From contig CAZPHQ010000003.1 in NCBI GenBank assembly GCA_964586675.1, forward strand, positions 66,233 through 130,232: DNA of 64,000 nt, read 5' to 3'. This DNA comes from an uncultured Spirochaetia bacterium. Its GTDB lineage: Bacteria > Desulfobacterota_D > UBA1144 > Nemesobacterales > UBA2774. Of the stretch, positions 56,701 to 64,000 are shown piece after piece. Position 1 is the first letter of the stretch, and each line of letters starts with the position of its first letter. The position numbers and the translations under genes are program-made. The notes under the pieces were generated by a model. That model was not told the DNA's origin. It saw nothing but the letters and a program-made list of their open reading frames with translations, and did no database searches.

Positions 56701-56720
56701 TATGCCACTTTACGCCACGG
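56701..56720 (-). promoter_or_regulatory. Two further MraZ-box-like repeats about 250 bp upstream of mraZ.
   Basis: Plus strand reads atgccacttt acgccacggc. On the minus strand these are AAAGTGGCAT and CCGTGGCGT. Confidence 0.4.
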
Positions 56721-56815
56721 CGCTCCTCCGGGCGGTAAATCAAGGCGCTGAGGAAACCGGAAAAATGAATAAAACTTGGATATAATCTACTAGGATTTAA
56801 CAGGCGACATAACTG

Positions 56816-57073
56816 ATGCCGACCATTTTCATCAGGCTGAAAAACAACAGTGAAACCGTATATTTTCAATCTATAATGGGCACTTACGCCCATATCGCAT
56901 GGGTGAGGACAGAAAACCCCGCCTCGGGGGTCATGCACGTCATACATCCCCCCGACATGGCCGGAGAAACGAGGGCCATCCTCGGGAAGCTCCGAAAGGA
57001 GCTGGAATTCGAAGAAGTCATGGAAAACGGACAGACGATCACACAGCCGGACGCGGGCGGGGATGAAGGATAA
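56816..57073 (+). CDS. Hypothetical 85-aa protein upstream of, and overlapping, the murJ start.
   Basis: Coding-like composition on the plus strand. The opposing minus-strand ORF looks like an antisense artifact. I recognise no known domain. Confidence 0.3.
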   Translation: MPTIFIRLKNNSETVYFQSIMGTYAHIAWVRTENPASGVMHVIHPPDMAGETRAILGKLRKELEFEEVMENGQTITQPDAGGDEG

Positions 57074-58664
57074 GCGGTCACTGGCCCGCTCCGCCGGGCT
57101 CATAGGGTCGCTTACGTTCCTGAGCCGTATAACAGGATACGCCAGAGACGTGATTATGGCCTATTTCTTCGGGGCGACAGCCTTCACCGACGCCTTCTGG
57201 ATAGCCTTCAGGATACCGAACCTCCTCCGAAGGCTCTTCGCCGAGGGCTCACTCACCATCTCTTTCATCCCGGTATTCACTGAAACCCTCGAGAACAAAT
57301 CAAAGGAAGAGGCCAGGAAGGTCTCGGACGTCGTGTTCACGATACTTATCATCTCGGTATCGGTCATCTCCGTCCTCGGCATCATATTTTCGCCGTACAT
57401 AGTGAAGCTCTTCGCCTACGGCTTCGACCAGCCGACGTTCGAGCTCGCGGTCGGGCTCAACAGGATAATGTTTCCCTATATCTTCTTTATATCCCTGACT
57501 GCGCTCGCGATGGGAGTGCTGAATTCCCTGAGACAGTTTTTCGCCCCGGCGTTCTCGCCTGTCCTGCTCAACCTCGCGATGATAGGGACGATATTTCTGC
57601 TTTACGACAGGTACGAGCTGCCGATTTACGCAGCCGCGGTCGGCGTGATAGTAGGCGGAGCGCTCCAGCTCGTGATACAGATACCGTATCTTAAAGCCAG
57701 AGGATTTCTTTTCAGGTTCAGCGCGAATTTTAAAAACCCGGCCGTTAAGAAAATCGGGCTTCTCATCGTGCCCCAGCTTTTCGGCATGGCGGTCTACAAT
57801 CTGAACCTCATCGTGAGCTCGCAGTACGCATCCTTCATGCAGGAGGGCACCGTATCGTATCTCTATTTCGCGGAGAGGCTTACAGAATTCCCGCTCGGAA
57901 TAATAGCCGTTTCGATAGCGACGGTGCTTCTGCCGAACCTTTCCAGCTATGTAAGTAAAGGCGATTACGACAAGTTTCACGAGACGTACACCTTCACGCT
58001 CCGGCTGATGCTGTTCACGCTGATTCCGGCGCTCGCGGGGCTCATCGCCCTCAGCGTTCCGATATGCAGCGTCCTCTATCAGAGGGGCGAATTTACCTAT
58101 GAGGCAGCTTTATTCACATCGCAGACCCTCGTCGGCTACTGCTTCGGGCTCTGGGCGGTCGGCGGGCTCCGGGTTACGGCCCCCGCTTTCTACGCGATGC
58201 AGGACACGAAGACCCCTGTCGTCGTCGCATTCTTCGCGTTCATTTTGAACGCCGCTCTAGGATATATTCTCGGGTTCACTCTCGGCCTCAGCCACACTGG
58301 CCTCGCCCTCGCGAACTCGGCGTCGTCGATATTTAACTTCCTCCTCCTGATTTACCTTCTCGAAAGGAGGACGGGCGAGCTCAAGGCGGGACATATTATA
58401 AGATTCTCCATGCTCATAACCGCCATTTCAGCGCTCGCCGGGGCGGCCGCGTGGAAGATATCGACTTACACCGACTGGGCAGCCCCCGATCTCACGCTCG
58501 AAAAAGTGCTCGTGCTCATAGCTTCAATGTCGGCGGCCGTGCTGATCTACGTTCTCCTTGCCAAGGCATTCAAGATCGACGAGTCCCGCTACGTTTTCGC
58601 CATACTCAAGAGAAGAAGACCCGCAATAAATAATAGTCAGCCGCCCGCGAGCAGCGATATATGA
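57063..58664 (+). CDS. murJ: Lipid II flippase MurJ (MviN).
   Basis: 533 aa with 14 TM helices. The N-terminus LSRITGYARDVIMAYFFGA...FRIPNLLRRLFAEG is characteristic of MurJ. Confidence 0.9.
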   Translation: MKDKRSLARSAGLIGSLTFLSRITGYARDVIMAYFFGATAFTDAFWIAFRIPNLLRRLFAEGSLTISFIPVFTETLENKSKEEARKVSDVVFTILIISVSVISVLGIIFSPYIVKLFAYGFDQPTFELAVGLNRIMFPYIFFISLTALAMGVLNSLRQFFAPAFSPVLLNLAMIGTIFLLYDRYELPIYAAAVGVIVGGALQLVIQIPYLKARGFLFRFSANFKNPAVKKIGLLIVPQLFGMAVYNLNLIVSSQYASFMQEGTVSYLYFAERLTEFPLGIIAVSIATVLLPNLSSYVSKGDYDKFHETYTFTLRLMLFTLIPALAGLIALSVPICSVLYQRGEFTYEAALFTSQTLVGYCFGLWAVGGLRVTAPAFYAMQDTKTPVVVAFFAFILNAALGYILGFTLGLSHTGLALANSASSIFNFLLLIYLLERRTGELKAGHIIRFSMLITAISALAGAAAWKISTYTDWAAPDLTLEKVLVLIASMSAAVLIYVLLAKAFKIDESRYVFAILKRRRPAINNSQPPASSDI

Positions 58665-58673
58665 GCCGGGCGC

Positions 58674-60605
58674 CTAACGCGTGGCGCAGAATCCGAAATT
58701 CACGGTACCGCGCGCCCGCACTATGTTATTCCACGACACCCCTCCGGCCGTTATCCGGTTCCCGTTCTGCGTGTAAACGGCGTTCCAGATATTTCTCATT
58801 CGGCCGTCTATAGGGAATGTCACGAGCCAGTCGATATCTGTCGCCCCCGGGTTCCTGACCGTCACCTCGGCGCAGTATCCCGTGCCCCAGTCGTTGTTAA
58901 TGTGCATTGTCGTCGTGAGACTACCTCCCGGCGAAGGCGTCGGCACGGGAGTAGGAGTCGGCCTCGGAGTCGGCACAGGGGTGGGCTTTGGCGTTGGGAC
59001 AGGTGTTGGGACCGGAGTAGGTGCGGGTGTGGGAACGGGCGTAGGTACCGGGGTCGGTGCTGGAGTTGGGGACGGACCGGTCCTGTCGGCGCAGAAGCCG
59101 AACTCTACTGTCTGAGACGGGTTCACGATATTATTCCACGAGACCCCCTCGGCCGTGACGGTGCTCCCCGATTGGCTGTAGACCGCGTTCCAGAGGTCAC
59201 GCACCCTGCCCTCAATTTCAAATGTGACGAGCCAGTCGACCCCCTGGGCGCCGTTATTTTTGACTGTCACCTTAGCGCAATATCCCGTCCCCCAGTCGTC
59301 GTTGATGCTGACATCGACTTCCACCCCGCCGCCGGGCTGTTGGTTACTCTCATCGTCGTCCTCCGCCGAGGAGCATCCCGGATCGGCAGGATAGTCGGTG
59401 AGCCCGTCGCCGTCGTTGTCCGTGCCGTCAGAGCACTCGGGCTCGTCGGGCGGGCCCCCGGGCGAGCCGTCCATGAGCTGTGAAAGGAGATCGACCTTAT
59501 CCTGCCACACAGTCCTCCAGTCGTCCTTAAGCATGCCGCCAGTGTCCATGCTGTTGGGATTCCACGACCAGTAGAAGAAATCGGTCATACCCTTCTCTTT
59601 CATATAATCCACTATAGCGTCGTGCCACGTTTTATCTCTTGCGTCGCCCCCGTGGCCGTACCTCCCGCCGAATTCGCCGATGACGACGGCATAGCCGAGG
59701 TCGCGGAGATACCCGAAGTGCATGTCCCAGATAGCGGGCATGTTGGCCGGGAAATTCGGAGCGCCAAAATATGGCTGCACGTAGACGTCCGGACCGTAAA
59801 CGTGCGGGCTCAGCACGAGCTTCCCGGCAGGGATGTCGAGCGGGTAACAGCCGGCGGGCTCCAGGTTCCCGCCCCACCAGTGGCTTGTCTGGCTGCTGCA
59901 GGTGGGGTTGTCCTGTATGCCCTGGACGAATATGAGAATGTCCGGGTTTGCATCGAGCACCTCGCGCGCGGCCTTTTCCGCGGCGAGCTTCCAGTCTGTC
60001 GCCGGATTGCCTGTGCCCCACGTCGCCGGGCCGTGCGGCTCGTTTTTTATGTCGATGCCGACGAAACTATCGAGGCCCTCGTACCTCTTGGCGACGAAAA
60101 CGAGGTCCGCTATCCAGTCCTCCTCAGAATAGCCGGACGAATACCACAGCTCGTTTATGGAGGCGCAGTCGTAGTTGTGAAAATCGAGCAGAATATACAG
60201 CCCCTGCCTGTCGAGCTCGTCCAAAACACGGTCGAGTATATCGAGCGACCGGAGCCCGGAGAGGTCGGGATTAAGTGCGTAGTTTATGCTCGATACGCCT
60301 GTATTATCGAGCGTCGCCGGGCAGAAAGGCACTCTTACAGCCGTGAAGCCAAGGCCCTTTATCTGGGCTATCATGTCCTTCCAGTTCCGGGCCCAGAGCC
60401 CGTGAGCCACGTGATCGCCGGTCTCGAATCCGAACCAGCTAACGCCGTATAGGTTGACCTTTTCTCCCTCTTCGTCGTAGACGCTCCCGTCGTCGACGTT
60501 ATAAGCGAGGGAAGTCCCGGAGAGTATGAAAAATATGGAAAATACGACCAGTGCTGAGCGCATCGATGAACGTCCTCCTCTAAGAGATATGAGCATTAAT
60601 TGCAA
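58674..60605 (-). CDS. Secreted GH5-family endoglucanase (cellulase) with two C-terminal CBM2 carbohydrate-binding modules joined by a Pro/Thr-rich linker.
   Basis: Signal peptide [20 protein letters not shown]. The GH5 catalytic region carries NEP (acid/base Glu) and GEFG (nucleophile Glu). Two CBM2-like modules (WGTGYCA...W...FGFCA) are separated by a (PTPVPTP)n linker. Confidence 0.85.
   Translation of the reverse strand: MQLMLISLRGGRSSMRSALVVFSIFFILSGTSLAYNVDDGSVYDEEGEKVNLYGVSWFGFETGDHVAHGLWARNWKDMIAQIKGLGFTAVRVPFCPATLDNTGVSSINYALNPDLSGLRSLDILDRVLDELDRQGLYILLDFHNYDCASINELWYSSGYSEEDWIADLVFVAKRYEGLDSFVGIDIKNEPHGPATWGTGNPATDWKLAAEKAAREVLDANPDILIFVQGIQDNPTCSSQTSHWWGGNLEPAGCYPLDIPAGKLVLSPHVYGPDVYVQPYFGAPNFPANMPAIWDMHFGYLRDLGYAVVIGEFGGRYGHGGDARDKTWHDAIVDYMKEKGMTDFFYWSWNPNSMDTGGMLKDDWRTVWQDKVDLLSQLMDGSPGGPPDEPECSDGTDNDGDGLTDYPADPGCSSAEDDDESNQQPGGGVEVDVSINDDWGTGYCAKVTVKNNGAQGVDWLVTFEIEGRVRDLWNAVYSQSGSTVTAEGVSWNNIVNPSQTVEFGFCADRTGPSPTPAPTPVPTPVPTPAPTPVPTPVPTPKPTPVPTPRPTPTPVPTPSPGGSLTTTMHINNDWGTGYCAEVTVRNPGATDIDWLVTFPIDGRMRNIWNAVYTQNGNRITAGGVSWNNIVRARGTVNFGFCATR
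58929..59075 (-). repeat. Tandem DNA repeat encoding the Pro/Thr/Val linker of the cellulase. It is coding, not a CRISPR array.
   Basis: ggcgtcggcacggga / gtaggagtcggc / ctcggagtcggcacaggg ... is a periodic GT-rich repeat encoding [11 protein letters not shown]... Confidence 0.6.
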
Positions 60606-60731
60606 TGCGGAATGTCTATATATAAAGAATTATAACCACGATATTTCCGGGCGTCGGATTTAGTCGGCGACTGAGCCGCGGCCCCGCTCCCTTGACTCGG
60701 ATTTCCTTTATAAAGTAATATCGGAATAATC

Positions 60732-61454
60732 ATGGCCGGAGAGAAGCAGCCGCACGAAGACCTCCAGATGTTCGCCGATAAGTACGAGAAGGTGCTGGCC
60801 GACGACCCTTCTTCGGTCGCCTTCATATTCCTTGCGCAGGTCCTCTACAAGCAGGGCAAGGTGGACAAGGCCATCAATGTACTGGTGAACGGATTGAGAT
60901 ATAATAAGAAAAGCGTTACGGGGAGGTTCCTTCTCGGCAAGATTTACTACGACAGGTGGATGATAGACCAGGCCCGGAAGGAATTTAAAACCGTCGTCGA
61001 GCTCGCCCCGGATAACCTCGCCGCCGCAAGAATGCTCGTCGAGATATACAGCAGCGAAGAGTCTTTCGGGAAGGCGATAGAGGTGCTGAAGACGGCGCGG
61101 ATGTATCATCCGCACGACGAGGCCATTGCTGCAGATATCAGGGGATTCGAAGAGCGCCTCGGCCTGAAGGACGAAAAGGAAACCGAATTCCGCGCCGCCA
61201 GGGAGAAGATACAATCCTCACTCGGCAACAAAAGCGACGCGGAGCTCGCGGCGGGCCTTAAAAGCGGCGAGCGAGAGATAGAGACCCTGACCATGGCCGG
61301 TCTCTACATCGACCAAGGCCTTTTAGAGAAGGCCTGCGAGGTGCTGGAGAAGATACTGGAAAAGGAGCCCTGGAACAGACACGTTAAGGAAAAGCTCGAA
61401 AAAACGAGGCTCCTCCTCGTAAACAAAACCGCGGGATTTTCCGCAAAGGAATGA
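60732..61454 (+). CDS. Tetratricopeptide (TPR) repeat protein.
   Basis: Several 34-aa TPR-like repeats (e.g. [44 protein letters not shown]). Confidence 0.65.
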   Translation: MAGEKQPHEDLQMFADKYEKVLADDPSSVAFIFLAQVLYKQGKVDKAINVLVNGLRYNKKSVTGRFLLGKIYYDRWMIDQARKEFKTVVELAPDNLAAARMLVEIYSSEESFGKAIEVLKTARMYHPHDEAIAADIRGFEERLGLKDEKETEFRAAREKIQSSLGNKSDAELAAGLKSGEREIETLTMAGLYIDQGLLEKACEVLEKILEKEPWNRHVKEKLEKTRLLLVNKTAGFSAKE

Positions 61455-61458
61455 ATCG

Positions 61459-61911
61459 ATGAAGCAAAGAATACTTGTCATACACGGACCCAACCTCAAC
61501 ATGCTCGGAAAGCGAGAGCCCGAGATTTACGGCTCTTTAACGCTCGCCGACATAAACAAAAAGCTCGGCCGCGAGGCGAAAGAGCTCGGCGCCGAGGTCG
61601 AGTTCTTTCAGTCGAATTCAGAGGGCGAAATCGTAGGACGCATACAGGGCGCGATGGGCTCGGCGGATGGCATACTGATAAACCCCGGAGGCTACACGCA
61701 CACGAGCGTCGCGATAAGAGACGCGATACTTTCGATCGGGCTCCCTGTCGTCGAAGCGCACATATCGAACATATATAAAAGAGAGGATTTCAGGCAGAAG
61801 TCTTACGTTTCCGGCGTCGCCCTGGGCGTCGTATCGGGATTCGGCGCGGAGAGCTATTCCCTCGGACTAAGGGGGCTGGTACATTATCTTAACGAGAAGG
61901 CGGGAAGCTGA
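61459..61911 (+). CDS. aroQ: Type II 3-dehydroquinate dehydratase.
   Basis: [21 protein letters not shown]...QSNSEGEIV...[12 protein letters not shown]...EAHISNI matches AroQ. Confidence 0.9.
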   Translation: MKQRILVIHGPNLNMLGKREPEIYGSLTLADINKKLGREAKELGAEVEFFQSNSEGEIVGRIQGAMGSADGILINPGGYTHTSVAIRDAILSIGLPVVEAHISNIYKREDFRQKSYVSGVALGVVSGFGAESYSLGLRGLVHYLNEKAGS

Positions 61912-61986
61912 CGCCGTCCCGCATCTTGCCGCGCATTTTCACCTTCGGTTACAATAATCTCAAAACGCCTCCGCTTTATCAGTGAG

Positions 61987-63681
61987 ATGAAAAAGAACTG
62001 GTCCATAAAAAAGGAAAACCCGAAGCTGAGGGAAAAGCTCTCGAAAATCCTGCAGGTCTCTCCGATAACCGCGCAGATACTTATAAACCGCGGAATAGAG
62101 AACGAGGCGGAGGCTTCATTGTTCCTGAACAGCACGCTCTTCGACCTCCCGTCACCATACCTCATGAAAGGCATGGACAAGGCCGTCGAGAGGATAAAAA
62201 AAGCGCTCGACAACCGCGAGAAGATTGCGATTTACGGCGACTACGACGTAGACGGCGTAACCTCGACAGCCCTCTTCTACACCTTCATGAAAGGCCTCGG
62301 GGCCGACATCGCCTACTACAATCCCGACAGGATGAAAGAAGGCTACGGAGTAAACGCCGAGGCTGTGAGGAAGCTCGCCGGCGACGGCGTTACTCTCATA
62401 ATATCGGGCGACTGCGGCATCACTGCTGTGAAGGAAGTCGAGGAAGCGAGGTCGCTCGGTGTGGATTTCATAGTCACCGACCATCACAAGCCGCCCGAGG
62501 AGCTTCCGAACGCCGTATCGATCCTCAATCCGCAGCTTTCCGACTGCAAATATCCCGGTAAGGGCATCACCGGCGTCGGGGTCGTTTTCAATCTCGTGAT
62601 AGCCTTGAGACGTGCGCTCAGGGAAGACGGATTTTTCGGGAAGGAGGAGCCCAACCTCGCCGAGTATCTCGACCTCGTCGCGCTCGGGACAGTCGCCGAC
62701 TGCGCGCCGCTCATGGACGTGAATCGCATCTTCGTCAGGGAAGGCATTAAGAGGATGGAGAATCCGAAGCGCATAGGCATACTCGCGCTCAAGGAAGCGA
62801 GCAGCATAAACGGCGGAATAACGTCGTACGACCTCGGCTTTAAGCTCGGCCCCAGGATAAACGCATCGGGCAGGCTTTCGAGCGCCGCGAAGGCTGTGGA
62901 GCTCTTCATCTCGGAGGACATAGAAGACGCGAGAGAGATAGCGAAGGCCCTCAGCAAAGAGAACTCTAACAGACAGAACATGGAAGGCGAAATACTAAAG
63001 CAGGCGCTCGCTCAGGTGGAGTCGGGTGAGGGCGTTCTCCGCGAAAATTCCATAGTGCTCGCGTCCCGGGGATGGCACCCCGGCATCATCGGCATTGTCG
63101 CGTCGCGAATCGTAGAAAGATACGAGAGGCCTGTGATAATGATAGCCGTCGACGAAGGCGGCACGGGAAAGGGCTCAGGCCGGAGCGTCAAGGGAGTGAA
63201 TATATACGCCGCCATTTCCGAATGCAGGCATCTCCTGCTTCAGTTCGGCGGGCACGAGCAGGCGGCTGGGCTCTCCATCAGGGAAGAGAGCATCGGGGAG
63301 CTGAGGGACATGTTCGAAAGGGCGGTTTCAGACCTCGGCGCGGATTACACGGCGACCCTCGACATCGACTGCGCCGTAAAGCTTGAAGATATAACCGAAA
63401 CCCTCGTATCGGAGCTCGCACAGCTGGAGCCCTACGGTATCGGCAACCCCGAGCCCGTTCTACTTGCAGAGTCAGTCGAAGTCATCTCGAAACGGGTCTT
63501 TAAAGACAAGCACATCGGGCTCAAGGTAAGGCAGGGCGGAAAGCCGCTCGATGCGGTATGGTTCAACGCCGGGGAAGGCGCGGATATCACAGACAGGATA
63601 GACCTTGTTTTCACGCCTGAATTCAATGTCTGGAACGGAAAAAGAGAAATACGGCTAAAAATCTGGGACGCCGGCCGCTGA
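61987..63681 (+). CDS. recJ: Single-stranded-DNA-specific exonuclease RecJ.
   Basis: DHH motifs (IYGDYDVDGVTS, DHH at VTDHHKPP) and a DHHA1 domain (GGHEQAAG). 564 aa. Confidence 0.9.
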   Translation: MKKNWSIKKENPKLREKLSKILQVSPITAQILINRGIENEAEASLFLNSTLFDLPSPYLMKGMDKAVERIKKALDNREKIAIYGDYDVDGVTSTALFYTFMKGLGADIAYYNPDRMKEGYGVNAEAVRKLAGDGVTLIISGDCGITAVKEVEEARSLGVDFIVTDHHKPPEELPNAVSILNPQLSDCKYPGKGITGVGVVFNLVIALRRALREDGFFGKEEPNLAEYLDLVALGTVADCAPLMDVNRIFVREGIKRMENPKRIGILALKEASSINGGITSYDLGFKLGPRINASGRLSSAAKAVELFISEDIEDAREIAKALSKENSNRQNMEGEILKQALAQVESGEGVLRENSIVLASRGWHPGIIGIVASRIVERYERPVIMIAVDEGGTGKGSGRSVKGVNIYAAISECRHLLLQFGGHEQAAGLSIREESIGELRDMFERAVSDLGADYTATLDIDCAVKLEDITETLVSELAQLEPYGIGNPEPVLLAESVEVISKRVFKDKHIGLKVRQGGKPLDAVWFNAGEGADITDRIDLVFTPEFNVWNGKREIRLKIWDAGR

Positions 63682-63774
63682 CCCAGTATAATTTATAGTT
63701 CATTAAAAAAATAAAACTGTATCCGGACGAATCGGCCTCCCCGAGGTGATAAGCCGGAGAGGGGGGTTCCGCCA

Positions 63775-64000
63775 TGTCGTCAGTCAAGCCGAAGCTGGAG
63801 AATCTGAATTTTCTTTACCCGATTATCATCATTGTCGTCATAGTGCTCGCAACGAGCGCTTTCGTCATAGTCGAAAGCGGTCACGTGGGTGTCGTCAGAA
63901 CGCTAGGGGCCGTGCAGCCCGTTCCGCTGCCCGAGGGGTTTCATATAAAGAAACCTTTCCTCGACAACGTCGAGCAGATAGACATAAGGCTGACGAAGGC
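63775..64000 (+). CDS. SPFH/band-7 family protein (HflK/HflC-like). Partial: it runs off the window end.
   Basis: An N-terminal TM helix is followed by VESGHVGVVRTLGAV, typical of the HflK/C prohibitin-domain start. Confidence 0.55.

Noticed and set aside
56645-57103. 152-aa minus-strand ORF in the mraZ/murJ intergenic region
   Set aside because: Its composition is R/S/P-rich, typical of antisense to GC-rich coding sequence, and it has no recognisable motif. The plus-strand 85-aa ORF looks more plausible.
58929-59075. Periodic short repeats that might suggest a CRISPR-like array
   Set aside because: The repeats are in frame and encode the (PTPVPTP)n inter-domain linker of the cellulase. There are no spacers of constant length, no cas genes, and the repeats lie within a CDS.

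Overview
This is a 64-kb segment of a high-GC (~58-60%) bacterial chromosome. Almost all coding capacity is housekeeping. Codon usage is unusual: Ile is often ATA and Arg often AGR despite GC-rich third positions.

From left to right the window holds:
- a non-oxidative pentose-phosphate cluster: rpiA (partial), a HAD phosphatase, a 942-aa transaldolase/glucose-6-P-isomerase fusion, tkt, and polyphosphate glucokinase
- an SMR-family Gdx/SugE exporter with a long structured leader
- a FolM-like SDR followed by folB and folK
- an FAD monooxygenase, a SnoaL-like protein and a DUF3298 secreted protein
- suhB and a PspC-domain protein
- an FlK-like hotdog thioesterase next to an L-2-haloacid-dehalogenase-like HAD enzyme
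- an MsbA-type ABC exporter and a lipoprotein
- a TetR regulator with a class-I aminotransferase
- an M48 lipoprotein peptidase and an Nth-like glycosylase
- an AT-rich (~35% GC), probably horizontally acquired island of about 2.5 kb. It encodes one 728-aa protein made of eight tandem zinc-ribbon repeats flanking a Vsr/DUF559-like nuclease core
- the thrS-infC-rpmI-rplT operon, tRNA-Val(GAC) and tRNA-Gln(TTG)
- pcrA/uvrD, selO, dnaE, ftsY, ribD, nadD, rsfS
- a complete dcw cell-wall/division cluster (mraZ to ftsZ) lacking ddl, with MraZ-box direct repeats
- murJ, a secreted GH5 cellulase carrying two CBM2 modules, a TPR protein, aroQ, recJ and a partial SPFH/HflK-like gene

The most unusual element is the AT-rich island with its multi-zinc-ribbon nuclease-like protein. 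Secondary points of interest are the FlK-like thioesterase/dehalogenase pair, the Gdx leader RNA, the MraZ operator repeats and the cellulase.

CDS coordinates follow the six-frame ORF track. Around 58.6-60.6 kb my own base counting ran one nucleotide off that track, so hand-placed coordinates there may be +/-1.
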